A stretch of 63,516 nt of DNA, filler included, from Dugesia japonica (taxonomy: Eukaryota), in NCBI GenBank assembly GCA_001938525.1. It is 5 parts of 5 records of this genome, joined end to end, with 100 filler letters (N's around TTAATTAATTAA, not from the genome) between each part and the next. Parts side by side here need not be neighbours in the genome. Positions count along the whole stretch, not along the records: positions 1 to 26,417 come from MQRL01563595.1; 4 more parts are not named here. One strand, 5' to 3'. Below, one piece after another: positions 13,183 to 25,897 of the stretch. The notes under the pieces were generated by a model that worked only from the letters and a program-made list of their open reading frames with translations, made no database searches and was not told where the DNA came from. The translations under genes were made by a program, and so were the position numbers. How positions within the stretch are numbered: position 1 is the first letter of the stretch; every line of letters starts with the position of its first letter.

Positions 13183-14190
13183 ATTTGAAACTTGATGTTT
13201 TTCTTTTGGCTGATTTCTTTCAGCAATTTCAGGCTAAATCTTTAGAACATAATAGGTTAGAACCACTTAATTCCTGTGGTATTCCTGGAATGAGTGGGGC
13301 TTCTGCTTTTGATGACTTTAAATGAACTAACTGAGCTTTTGATCGCCAATGATATGTACACTTTCTTTGAATGTGGTATCAGAGGAGATCTTACTTTTGT
13401 AAATAAACATTATGTAGCTACAGATGATAATACTGAACTTTTGTATTTAGACATAAATAATTTGTATGGTTGAGCTTTAAGCCAATAGTTACCTTTTAAG
13501 AATTTTGAATGGATGAATAGTAACTTGGAAAAAATTCTTGTTGATTGTATGAATTAAGACTGAGATTCTCTGTCTTATGGTTATAGTGTTGAAGTTGATA
13601 TGATAATTCCTAACGATTTATATAACTATTTAAGTGATTTACATGTTGCTCCTGAACAACAAATTGTACCAGGTACAAAATTTAAAANATTACTACTTAC
13701 ACATCACCCAAAGAAAAACTATGTAAAACATTGGAGATTATTTCAATTGTATTTACAAATTGGGATTAAAGGGACTAAAATTCATAGGGCTGTAAAATTT
13801 GACCAAGATTACAATTTTAAGACTTATGTTGATGGAAACACTACATTAAGATCTGAAGGTAAAAATAAGTTAGACAAAAATTATTATAAACTACACAATA
13901 ATAGTCTTTAAGGTAAGACTGTTGAAAGTCTTAAGAAGAGGATGAATCTCCGTCTCTGTAATTCGACAAAGAAGATTGTAACCTACACCTCCAAACCGAG
14001 CTTTAGGAAAACTTTTAAAATCAATAAGGATCTGGTTGCTGTTCAACTTAATAAGGATGTTATTTGTTTGGATCGTCCAAGTTATATTGGACAATCTGCA
14101 CTTGACTTATTTATGCTTAGAATGTATTAACTTCAGTATGTTGACTTTGAAAAATTCCGAAAGGAAGAGAAATGTTGTATAAATATTGTA
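13183..14190 (+). pseudogene. Polinton/adintovirus-type protein-primed family B DNA polymerase fragment
   Basis: GIRGDLTFVNKHYV, LYLDINNLYG*ALSQ*LP, YYKLHNNSL*GKTVE, LDRPSYIGQSALDL; multiple stops. Confidence 0.9.
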
Positions 14191-14659
14191 TAAATAAAGC
14201 AAATTTGAGTCAATAGCTGTCATCTGCGCACAGAGATCTGAGTGCTAAAATCTGATTTTTGATATTTTTCACGACAAAACTTCATTTATTTCATTGTAGA
14301 TTAACTTTGATGATTTAAGGTTAACATATTTAGAATAAGCAAAATATTTTCTATCAAATGGAAATTGTATTGATTGAATTTCAAAAGGAAAATGCTTTTT
14401 CGAATAATGGTTTTTGTAAAATAATCTCCACCAAATTCTCTATCGATTAATCTTATAATCTCGACAAAAATCTTTTCCAAAACGTTTTCAAATTTGAATT
14501 GTTTACCTAAATTCTAAAATATTTTGATTATTTAAAAACATTCCCGTAAAAATTTTAACCCAAACAGACCAACACAAGTAAATTATTGCCGAAAATAACC
14601 CAAAAATCAGCGTGCACGAATTTTTTAAAATTAAAAAATTTCAATAATTCGGTAAACTA

Positions 14660-15592
14660 TTGTTAATAAGTAAGATCAGGAGCGCTTAATAACACGTATA
14701 CTTGATGGAGAATTAATAGAGGCATACGTGTAAACATTGAAGAAGTCAGACGGATATTAAGGAAGATTGCGATTAGCTTTTGAGAGCAAGAGAGACGCAA
14801 TAAAAGATTTTCAAAATCTTTTAAACAGTCGGCGTGGTGGTGAAAACTTTGGGGTGTTCTTAAAAGAGTGGAAGATTTGGTCAATAAATATTTAACAAAT
14901 GGAGAACTGACAAAAGAAAAATTCTTGTCAAAAATGCTACTAATTTGCGCAGATAGTAAAAAAGCAGAAGATGAGATAATCATTAAGAAATTGGAGAAAG
15001 TATAAGATATAAAAGAAACATTATCACTAGTTGAAAAAATAGAAAGAAAAAAACCAGTGTGTTNNNNNNNNNNNNNNNNNNNNNNNNNNNNNNNNNNNNN
15101 NNNNNNNNATTCTCAAGTGAAAGACTACACTTGCCACAGGAAAGGGAATGTAAGTAGAAATAGTCCACACAAGAAGCCACCAAAATGTTTTAGGTGTGAT
15201 AAGATTGATCACATCAAAAAGATGTGCGTGGAGATTGTATGTGGTAGCTATAAAACACCTGGTAACAGAGTAGAAGAATGCTATAGAAACGTCAACAAGT
15301 CAAAACTAAAAAAATGAAGACACAATTTTAAAAGCAGGCAGCGAATGAAAGATTGGAATAGGATAAATAAAAGTCTTCAACGACAATGAAAGTATGTAGA
15401 GATTTTCTGGGAACATAGTTTAAGAGAATACCCAAAATGCAGGGCCGTATCAGTGGAAGAGTTGGCCGGGCTTAGGGTTATTCCAAAGAAATGTCAATTT
15501 TATAGAGACTAAGTCAAATCTTTGGGACACGTTATCAGAAATGAAAGTGTCAAAACAGATCAAACCAAAATAGAAGCAATTAAGAACTTTAA
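14660..15592 (+). mobile_element. Gypsy gag remnant fused by deletion to the RT thumb
   Basis: Three zinc-knuckle-like motifs (TCHRKGN, CFRCDKIDHIKKMC, CGSYKTPGNRVEEC) resembling 8940-9120, then GLRVIPKKCQF...LGHVI...KTDQTKIEAIKNF. Confidence 0.8.
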
Positions 15593-16550
15593 TAATTTAT
15601 TAATATAAACACACTTTATCAAGAAAAAATTGTTAAAGATCATATAAACACACAGCTACTTTGAAACGTTGATATTTAAGTTAATATATTTAAGATAAAC
15701 TAGATATTCACTCATTAACTCACTCTATAACGCTTACACACAAGTACAAAAGTCAATAATAATTTGTATAAATGTGTTGAAATTAGCAAACTAAAATACC
15801 ATAACGATTAACTTTTATTTCTGATGAAGAAGTAAATCCGTTTAACGGTAACTTCTTGATGAACTACAAGACCGTTACTAAATGATGCAAGACAAATTAG
15901 TCGCCATGTTGTGTATAATGAAATAATTCAGCAAATAAATACTAACGCTTTATTGTATGAACATTAAAAATGACTACTCTTTTTTTTAATTCAAACTAAA
16001 AATAATTTTGAAAAATATTCTCAATTTTACATTGAAAATTAAAAATAAATTCAAAAATTAGGGGCACCACGGGCAACCTCAGAATAAACTAGTAAACTGA
16101 GAATAGATAAAAAGAAAATAAATTATCAAAAAAGAAACCTTATTATTTTGTTGATAAATTGCAGGTAAAAATTACTATTTGATAAAAAATCAGTAGTTGT
16201 GTTAGACTTTGATGGAAATCAGCAATACTTAAATATTGATATAAATCTGTTATGAATTATAAATTATAACTCAAAAGGACAACTTTAAATATAGAACTAT
16301 AAATGTATTTCTATTATATTTCTATGTTGTGATTTTATTATTCGTATCTCTAAAGTTTATAATTGTGACAAACAATTAAAAACAGCTTTGTCCATTGAGT
16401 TTACATTAAAAAAAACAAATTTAAATTAAACAAATTTTATTTAACAAATTTTATTTAACGAAAAATTTTCTTTATTTTTTACTTTCGTTCTAAATTAAAA
16501 GTTGATGACATTGAATAGTAGTTATTATTTGGATATATAGCTGATTGAAG

Positions 16551-19500
16551 TTAATAAAAGCCTGGCGAGTAGCTCGCAACAGAATTTATTTTTGGTGATG
16601 CTGGAGAATAGTTTGGAGAACTTGGAGAATAGTTTGNNNNNNNNNNNNNNNNNNNNNNNNNNNNNNNNNNNNNNNNNNNNNNNNNNNNNNNNNAACTTGG
16701 AGAATAGTTTGGAGAACTTGGAGAATAGTTTGGAGAACTTGGAGAATAGTTTGGAGAACTTGGAGAAAAATTGGGAGAACTTGGAGAATAGTTTGGTGAA
16801 CTTGGAACGTACCCATGACTAGTTGGAGAATATCCAGCACCAGTTGGAGAATATCCAGCACCAGTTGGAGAATATCCAGGACTAGTTGGAGAATATCCAG
16901 GACTAGTTGGAGAATATCCAGGACTAGTTGGAGAATATCCAGGACTAGTTAGAGAATATCCAGGACTAGTTAGAGAATGTCCAGGACTAGTTGGAGAATA
17001 TCCAGGACTAGTTGGAGAATATCCAGGACTAGTTGGAGAAAATCCAGGACTAGTTGGAGAAAATCCAGGACTAGTTGGAGAAAATCCAGGACTAGTTGGA
17101 GAATATCCAGGACTAGTTGGAGAATACCCAGGACTAGTTGGAGAATATCCAGGACTAGTTGGAGAATATCCAGGACTAGTTGGAGAATATCCAGGACTAG
17201 TTGGAGAATATCCAGGACTAGTTGGAGAATATCCAGGACTAGTTGGAGAATATCCAGGATTAGTTGGAGAATATCCAGGACTAGTTGAAGAATATCCAGG
17301 ACTAGTTGGACAATACCCAGGGCTAGTTGGTAAGCAACTTGCACTCACTGGGGAATAACCTGAATAACTTTGGGAACGTAGGCCTTGTATAACACTTCCT
17401 GGAGAATTAAATGAGTTGTAAATCGGACTTCTTGGGCTCAATAATGGACTAAACGCTATACCTGGACTTGGAGACATTCCCATTTCAGAAAACACACTAG
17501 GAGAAAATGCAGCTGCAGAATTATGAATATTTGGTGACATTGAATAACAAATTGGACTGAATTGTGAATATTGTGGAGAACTCGCATATATTGGACTATA
17601 TTCACCATTCATATAAACACTTTGAGCTATTCCACTCATTGTAGGAAAACTCTGCGCTTCCTCACATCTTTGAAAATCCATCAAAACATCAAAGCAACCG
17701 GTTCCCATTTTAGCAAGTTGACCTAACAAGATTGATTCAGATACACCTTTCATTACGTCAATTTCAGAATGAGCTCCCGCTTCTAATAAGATATCTACCG
17801 TCTCTTCAAATGTTGATCTTGAAAGCGCTCCAGTATCTTGCTTATTTATTCCATGTCTGTCTATAGACATCAAACCACCACTTTTTGTCATAACTTCACA
17901 TAATAGTGCCAAGTGACGATAGTTTACATAAGAACCATCAAATGAAAGAACATTATTCATTTCATATTCAATGGCATTTCTAGCTGCTTCAATGCCAAAA
18001 GTTTGAAATATTTCAGTAATATGATTACTTGTCGTATTAATTGGATCTACATCCCTCTCTGTTATTACTTTTGCCAAACACGAACCATCAGTTTCCAACT
18101 TCCATTCACCAACCTTTTTAAATTCGCCATTTTCGTCAATAACGCTTCTTAATTTAAAACCAGTATCGGGATTTAGAAGATACACTTTAGAAATCTGAGG
18201 AATTCCTTGCAAAGTCACCGAGTCAAGAATTGAATTTTCTAAACGTTCTAAAAATAGTTTTTCATTCGTAACTTCATCAATATCATTATATTCTTTATCT
18301 TCTTGTTTTCTTTTTACTCTTATTCTTAAAACTAATTCCAAATTATCATCAGGAATATGACAGGTAATATCATTTTTGAAATATTCAGAGATCTTTTCTG
18401 CTATTTGTGCTAAGCATAATTGTTTATCAATAATTTTCTTTCTATTTAACACAATTCGCAACATGTATGGTGAAATATTTGTTATGTCTTCATCGGATAA
18501 TTCATAATATGTTCTGACCCAATCTCTTTCTTTTTCTATCACCGATTCCATTGGATCGGGATCATAATAAATTTCTGTCATAAAAGTTAGTTTTCTCAAA
18601 GTCGTGTGTTCAAGTCTTGCACCAACTCTTTTCGCAAGTTCTGAATCGTTAGCCGCATCACCAAGAAGTCGAATGTTTAAAGATGGAGTTTTTGGATTTC
18701 TAGACACATTAATAATTTCCTTCAATCTAGGAACACCAAGTGTAACGTTTTTCGCAGATACACCGGCAAAATGAAATGTATTCAATGTCATTTGAGTAGC
18801 TGGTTCACCCAAACTTTCTGCAGCTAATGCACCGACCATTTCACCAGGTTGTACCAAAGCTTTAGAAAAGGCTCTAACAATTTCACCAATTACCCACTCA
18901 AAGGCACTAGAACTTAAACGATCTTTAAATATTATTTTTTTGACGCTTAATGAACTTCTAATAAGTATGCAAAATAATAGTTTTGCATTTCTATTAGCTT
19001 CTCTAGTTACTGGATCATCTCCTTTTACAACGCATAATGTGTCACAAAGACTGTTAACCGTATTAATTATTTCAATTGGATTTATATCCGTTTTGTTTAA
19101 AAAGTCTATTTTAAACTTTTTTTGAGCATTCCATATCAGCCTTTGAATGTTACATGGCAAAGCTATCTTTCCACCGGTTTCTTCTTTTAATATAGAACGA
19201 GCCTCATCTCTATCATTTTTTAGAGTTTGCCATTCCAATTCTAATGAAGCAATAGTATCGTTATTGTACAATATCTCTTTTACCCTTCTGTCTGTTAAAT
19301 AACATATCAATTTATTATGATCATTAAAATCAATTTTATATTTGTCTTTAAATTTTTCATTTGACAAATTATATGTCGGTAAATTTTGAAATTCGACAAA
19401 CGCCCCATCAAGACCGTCTTCGCCATATTGGGTTTGTAAAATTTGATCATTTTGATTTCGAACAGTTCCATCATATTTTACCATTGTTGACTCCATTGCC

Positions 19501-22123
19501 TTTATCAATCGACGTTGAATATATCCAGTTTCTGCAGTCTTAACAGCTGTATCGATAATACCTTCTCTTCCTCCCATTGCGTGAAAATAAAACTCAGTAG
19601 GAGTAAGTCCTGCTAAATAAGAATTTTCAACAAATCCTCTTGATTCTGGCCCATAATCATTTTTTAAAAAATGTGGCAATGTTCTTTGCTGGAAACCGAA
19701 TGGAATTCGCTTACCTTCAACATTCTGCTGACCAACACATGCAATGACTTGAGCAATATTAATTTTAGAACCCTTTGCTCCTGAATTAACCATTAAATTG
19801 AAACTGTTGTACTTTGAAACCGAAGACTGTGCATTGCCTCCAGTTTCATCTCTAGCCTTATTTAGTATTTGGTTTACTTTTTCTTCAAATGTTTGCATAA
19901 CCGATCTTCCAGGATTACATTTTAGATTTTTAGCATGTCCTTCACTAATTGTGTCATAGACTTTTTCTTTCGCATTTGCAATGCAATTCTTAATATTTAC
20001 TTTTATTTCGGGTGTGTATAAGCAATCCACTATTCCAATAGAATGGCCTACAATTTCGAGCCAATTGTTAACGACAATTTGAACATTATTAAAAAAGCTT
20101 CCAACTACATCAGAATTGTGCTCTAACGCAATTATATGTATTAATGAACCTGAACTACTTCCTAATGATTTTTTACAAAGAATTCCAGATAGTAGTTCTC
20201 CATCTTCTATCAGAACCTTAGTGTCATAATATGTTATATACTTGTAAGGTCCTAAATCCTCTTTATCTGAGTGGGTACTATGAGTTCTAGTACAATTTAA
20301 ATGCTTAGGTATAATCAATGAAAACAGTTGCTTTCCTGTCCACAAAGGTTTTGGTTTCATAATACTAGGTTTTGGCATTATTCCGTCCCAAGATGGTAAA
20401 AACATTAATAAACGCATCATTTCTGCTCTGTCAAGTGTAACATCACGAAATGTAAGCTTATTACACGCCGTTAAAGAATCTTGTACAATACTCATAACTG
20501 GTTTATTACTTTGCGGTGTTATAACCAATTTAGTAACTCTAGCTAAATTTGCTACTTCTGCTCTAGTTTCTTGGGATTGTGGCAAATGTAAATTCATTTC
20601 ATCACCATCAAAATCAGCATTATATGGGGCTGTTACAGAAAGATTCAAACGAAATGTGGAAAATGGCAATACTTTGACGCGATGACACATCATGGACATT
20701 TTATGTAATGTTGGCTGTCTATTAAAAATTACGTAATCATCATCAATAATGTGTCTTTCAACTATTTCGCCATAATTTAAATTAATAGATGAACAATCTG
20801 GATGACGTTTTAAATCAATTCTGTCACCGTTTTCTTTGATAATATACTTAGCTCCAGGATATACTTTTCCATTCTTTACTAGTGTTTGAAGAAAACTTTT
20901 ATTAAATGGTGTTACCACTTCTGGAAAAGTCAGATTTTGTGCAATTGATTGTGGAACTCCAACTTGATCTAAATTTAGATTTGGATCAGCCGTTATTACA
21001 GTTCTTGCTGTATAATCAGTACGCTTTCCCATCAAGTTACTTCGAACTCTACCACTTTTCCCTTTCAATCTCTGTTTTAATGATTTAAGAGGTCTTCCTG
21101 ATTTTTGGATTGCAACAGGTAGAAATGTACTTTCATTATCTAAAAGTGTTGCTACATGATATTGTAGAAGATTTTCTTTTTCCAGTAATACTGCTGATAT
21201 TACTCCTTTTATTTCTGAAGATTTTATATCTTCATTTATTTTTACAATTTCTGTAAGTTTATGTGTTAAATCATCATGAGCTTTGCCGCTGTGATTCATT
21301 ACAATAGCTGGTCGAACTGCCATCGGCGGGACTGCAAGAACTGATAAAATCATCGATTCTGGCCTGGAATGATTTGGGCTAAATCCCAATAATAGACAAT
21401 CGCTATCAGAAATTCTTTTAAATATTTCATGAACTTGTGTTGCTCGTAATATTTGCGTGTTTGGTTCATTATTTTCACTTTCAAATGTTGCTGAATAATC
21501 CAAACCATTTCGTTTATATTTTTTTGGTTGAATAAAATTACAGCCTTCTTTGAAATCATGATTATTATTATCATTATTGTCCACATTTTCTTTATTTTCC
21601 AAATCATCAGAATTTGATGAAGCGCAAATTTTAATTTTTTTACAGTGTTCGTGAATCAATTCAAATCTCAATTTTAAATTGTTTTCAGTTTTTTTAACTA
21701 TTTCCTTTATTTTATGATTTTCGGGATCAATTAATATTCTCGAACATTTAAAACAAACCGATCTTAAAACTTTAATAATTTTTTCCTTAAAACCAATATG
21801 AAAAACAGGTCTCGCTAAATTTATATGACCAAAATGTCCCGGACATTCTGAAACATTTGAAAAACATGTTTGACAAATGGAATACTTATCAACTGGACCC
21901 TGTCTAGGATCCATTAAACCATTTCTTTTAGGAATACCGTTTACAGCCTTTTCTGGATATATGATGCCTTGGGAATCAAGTACCGACAGTTTTGTCTAAA
22001 AGAAAATGTTAGTTTATGTAATAAATAGGAATAAAATCAAACTATTTCCGAAGAGCTTAACATTCCAAACTCGACTCTAGAAATAGTCTTAAGAGGTATA
22101 AGAGCAGAACTTTTGTCATCCAT
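16551..22123 (-). CDS. RPB1: DNA-directed RNA polymerase II largest subunit; exon 1 22123-22043 (27 aa), intron 22042-21996 (47 nt), exon 2 21995-16551; ~1841 aa, with an N gap in the CTD
   Basis: NADFDGDEMN active site, CQTC..CPGHFGH zinc site, bridge helix TAVKTAETGYIQRRL, trigger loop QMTLNTFH, heptad CTD. Exon 1 MDDKSSALIPLKTISRVEFGMLSSSEI joins in phase 0 through a GT...ACTAAC...TAG intron to TKLSVL...GLMDPRQ. Confidence 0.98.
16590..17340 (-). repeat. RPB1 CTD 21-bp coding tandem repeat
   Basis: Near-identical TATTCTCCAACTAGTCCTGGA units (about 25 G7 heptads) followed by TATTCTCCAAGTTCTCCAAAC units (N7 heptads). Confidence 0.95.
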
Positions 22124-22859
22124 TTAAAAAGTAGAAATGAAACAATAATAAACTATTTAATAAACGAATTTTCTATATTCAGTAATTTAGAAAATCACAC
22201 ATTTTTCTTTCAATAATTACTTTTTTTACAAATATTGGGAAAATAATTTAAAAATTGTTCTTAAATTTTTTTATAGATAATACGTATAGTTTTGTCTTTT
22301 ATTTTATTAACAAAAAAAACTATATTTTTTTAAGAAAAATTTTTAAATATCAATTAATTATTTGCTATAAAATTATTTTAAAAAAAGTTTTGTTTTTAAT
22401 AAATTAAAGAAATTAGAATTTTTCTTTATATCATTATGTTTGACTGGAAATTTTAAATCATTTTAAAATATTTAATTATTTTATTTGATGTGACGATGTC
22501 GAAAGCCTGATGAATTAATTAATGGAAATAATTATCATAACCTTAGATTGAACTTGGAAATCGGAGACGTATGCTTAAGAACTTTAGTCTTATAGGTGAA
22601 CTCAATCAATATGTTAAGAGCATGAAACTATTGCTGGTTCACCAACTATAACGTTGACAAAAACTCGATTAAGATTAAATGGTAAATGTTTTGAAAAAAA
22701 AATAAAATAATGACTACAATTTATTTAGTTATTTTCCAGACGTCATTTTAAAATATAATCTATTTCATGTTTCGACAGGTTAACTGCCATATTCAGTCAA
22801 TATTTTTTAATATATGTAAAAGAGCTCATATTGAAATTCTAATAAATATATGAATAGTC

Positions 22860-23285
22860 CAGTGGTGTATATTTGTATGTTTAAATAATCACAATTTAAA
22901 AATTGTGATTTTTTATTATACCTATAAAATTTTCAATAATTATTTTAAAAACCCAGTAGTGTATGTTTGTTGGTTTGTGCATAATGCTTAATATTATTCA
23001 ATAAATTTCAAAAATTGTGATTTTTTATTATAGGTTTAAACTTTGAATTATTATATCATACAGTGGTGTATGTTTGTTTCTTTAAAATTTTAAAATTACA
23101 AAAAATTGAAAAATAGCCCGGTGGTGTATGTTTGTGCGTGAGACTCAATATTATTTAAAAAATTTGAAAAGTTGTGATTTTTTATTATAGGTTTTCAAAA
23201 ATTTCAATTATTATATTAAAAAGCCAGCGGTGTATGTTTGTTTCTTATTATTTTAAAAATTTTTGAAGTTTAAAAAAATTGAATA
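22860..23285. repeat. Diverged tandem array with core motif CAGTGGTGTATGTTTGT
   Basis: Motif at 22860, 22954, 23061, 23119 and 23225; second motif TTGTGATTTTTTATTATA three times. Confidence 0.75.
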
Positions 23286-24142
23286 AAATTTATTCAGAAA
23301 ATGACCAAGAAAAGTATTTAAAAATGATTAACTTCAGTGATAATAATTTTAAAAATTTAAATGAAGAGTTGCAACGTTTCAATGAAAGTTATTGTTAAAA
23401 AGTACAAGAAAAATTTATGAAACCAGATAATTTTAAAAAATGAGAATAAAACCTATAAATTTTGAAAATAATGCTCAAAACCAAATTCATGATACAAATT
23501 TATCGATAGATTTGGATTTTTAAAAATTTTTTAAAACTTCAAGTTTACAGTAAATATGGAACTATATTTACTCAACTAAATATTCACTATTGAAAAAATT
23601 TTACTTTCTGAAAAATAGTTTGAAATCTATTTATTAAATTTAATTTTCTCACATTTTATTAAATAAAACTTTTCAAAAAAAATATTTTCTATCTTAGTAA
23701 TTACTCTTTAATTCATTTAAAAATGACTAAATAATGATATTTGTAATAATAAAATAGAAATATATATTATTAAAAGTTAAATTTCAATCTTTGAAAAAAG
23801 GAAGCGGATAATTATAAGTTAAAATGTAAAAAAGGAATAATTTGATAATACTAATTTAGAACTTAAAAATTGGATGTAAAAAAATCAGAATTTCAAATAA
23901 TTTTTATTTCTATATTAGTTTATTCCATGAACACTTATTTTGTTCAAATTATATTTACAAGTTCAAGTAGGAAACTATGGAAGCAACGCTGTTTGGATTC
24001 TTTCAAATTTTAACATTTATTTAATCCAGACATAATATTTTTAAATTTTAATTTACCAATCTCCCAAATTTTGGTTTTCAACAATTTGGTTCTCAATCAA
24101 TCGAGAAGGTTCTTCGTTTAAAAACCTACTTATACATAAATG

Positions 24143-24462
24143 CAGGGCCGATCGGAGGCCGTAGCAAACAGTGCGACCGCACAAGGTTCCTGTCGTCCCC
24201 GTTTTTAAATAAAATGTTATTAATAACTTATTTTACCTTTTGTTTTCGAAAACGTTACCATAAATAAATTTTTAATAATTTAAAGCATATAATTAATTAT
24301 ATTAATAAAATTTTTTCTAATATATGTATATAGTAAAACTAAAACAACCATTTTGATACTATTTATGACCATTTTTTAATTACTATTTCTTGCATGAAAT
24401 TTCTTTCAAGGCATCGCTAGGAAAATTTTCACTGTGTCTCACTTTTGTACAGGCCGGTCCTG
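24143..24462. mobile_element. hAT MITE (CAGGGCCG-type TIR), 320 bp
   Basis: TIRs CAGGGCCGATC / GGCCGGTCCTG; 8-bp TSD CATAAATG / AATAAATG (7/8). Confidence 0.8.
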
Positions 24463-24812
24463 AATAAATGTATACATCTACTTGTAGTAACGAAAGGCAA
24501 AAGCAAAGTATGTAACATTATAACTTTGCCAATTATTACTTGAGTTGATTTAATATGAGGCAAAGAAATTACATTAGTGACATCATTAATGAAAATAATA
24601 TGGGCTATATATATATATATATATATATATAAATATATATAAGTAATGGGGTATTAACGTTTTCTTTTCAAGTTGATACTACCGTACCTCATGAAAAATG
24701 AAATATGTTAATGTAATATTTTAAATGAAATATGTTAATGAAATATTTTAAAATCCAACATGATTCAATGCAACATGAAACATGAAATATTTTTAAATTT
24801 ATTCTATAGAAA

Positions 24813-25436
24813 ATGAGTGATCAGAAAAAAGTTGTTCCACAAGAAAAAGTAATGAGTGAATTAACTTTAGTAACATTAATAAAATCAATACAAGATTTTG
24901 ATGCATCAGAAGAGTTGAATATTAATGAATTAAAAGAATATTTAAAAAATGATTTAACAAGAGAAACAGCAGAAGGTTATTTAAATTATCTTAATGATTT
25001 ATATGCTAAATTAGAAGAATTAAATTTAGTAGAAGAAAATAAAAAATTATTTAAAAATTTAATAACCACCATTGCCACAAAATATACAGAAAGTGATAGT
25101 CGTGGTTTATTACTTGAATTATTTAATAAAAGAATTGAAGATTATTTAAAAATTATTAAACAACAACAAGTAGATTTTCAAAAAGAAAGAGATCAACATA
25201 ATGCTGCTTTAATTAAATTAAAAGAAAAACCTAAACAAATTAAAGTTAAAGAAGTTGTATTTACAGTTCATCCTTTAGATATCACCAAGAAGAAGAGAAA
25301 TGTAACTGTTAAACGTTTTACTGAATTATATGATAATTTAAATCTAAGCAATCTTTCATTAGATAAATCAAAACGTGTTCAAGCTCAAGTAATTACTGGA
25401 TTTGATAAAGTATATGCTAAAAAAGAACCTAAATAA
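24813..25436 (+). CDS. Intact 207-aa orphan helical/coiled-coil protein, probably Polinton/adintovirus-encoded
   Basis: Uninterrupted ORF in very AT-rich DNA, AAAATG start context, co-directional with a capsid-like gene 460 bp downstream. Confidence 0.65.
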   Translation: MSDQKKVVPQEKVMSELTLVTLIKSIQDFDASEELNINELKEYLKNDLTRETAEGYLNYLNDLYAKLEELNLVEENKKLFKNLITTIATKYTESDSRGLLLELFNKRIEDYLKIIKQQQVDFQKERDQHNAALIKLKEKPKQIKVKEVVFTVHPLDITKKKRNVTVKRFTELYDNLNLSNLSLDKSKRVQAQVITGFDKVYAKKEPK

Positions 25437-25437
25437 A

Positions 25438-25800
25438 ATGGATTCAGTTTTAAATAAAATGTTAAGTGAATATAATTTTAAAGATAACTCTATGCAAGAT
25501 TTTTGTAAGGCTTATAATATAAATCAAAGAACTGTTAAAAAATATTTAAAGATGTGGAACATAGAATATAGTGTTAGATCTTGGAACCCATGTAGAAATT
25601 TACAAAGAAATTTACATGGTAGTTTTATTTCTGCAATTGAAAGATTTGAAAAAAAAAAAGTTACTAATGTTAAAAAAGTTACTGATGTTAAAATTCAAAG
25701 TGTTAGATTTGAAAATAAAAAAGTTACTGATGTTAGATGTGATTATGAAAAATTATTTATCGAAATGAATAAAGCAAAAAAGTATACAGTAATGAATTGA
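25438..25800 (+). CDS. Intact ~120-aa orphan protein with HTH-like N-terminus
   Basis: ATG lies 1 nt after the upstream stop (TAAAATG); SMQDFCKAYNINQRTVKKYLKMW resembles a helix-turn-helix; internal KKVT(N/D)V repeats. Confidence 0.55.
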   Translation: MDSVLNKMLSEYNFKDNSMQDFCKAYNINQRTVKKYLKMWNIEYSVRSWNPCRNLQRNLHGSFISAIERFEKKKVTNVKKVTDVKIQSVRFENKKVTDVRCDYEKLFIEMNKAKKYTVMN

Positions 25801-25897
25801 GATGAATTGATTTGAAATGAGATGAAATGTTTTAGCAATGTTTTAGCAATGATAANATAAAAAAAAATATATACCATTAAATTTTACATCTAATAAA

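Noticed and set aside
13440-13570. Genome-wide alternative genetic code suggested by TGA at Trp positions in pPolB
   Set aside because: The same fragment has TAG/TAA stops, frameshifts and intact TGG codons, and RPB1 reads normally in the standard code.
16586-17344. Repetitive ORFs (LQLVLDI, SRTSWRI, LENSLEN repeats)
   Set aside because: Alternative-frame and antisense readings of the RPB1 CTD repeat.
22506-22540. CTGATGA...GAAATAATTATC hammerhead-like string
   Set aside because: No stem I complementarity in the flanks and stem II is AU-only.
22480-22690. Possible gene divergent from RPB1
   Set aside because: Slightly GC-richer, but I found no consistent reading frame or credible splice structure.
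22860-23285. CRISPR-like repeat-spacer appearance
   Set aside because: Eukaryotic context, unequal and mutually similar spacers, no cas genes.
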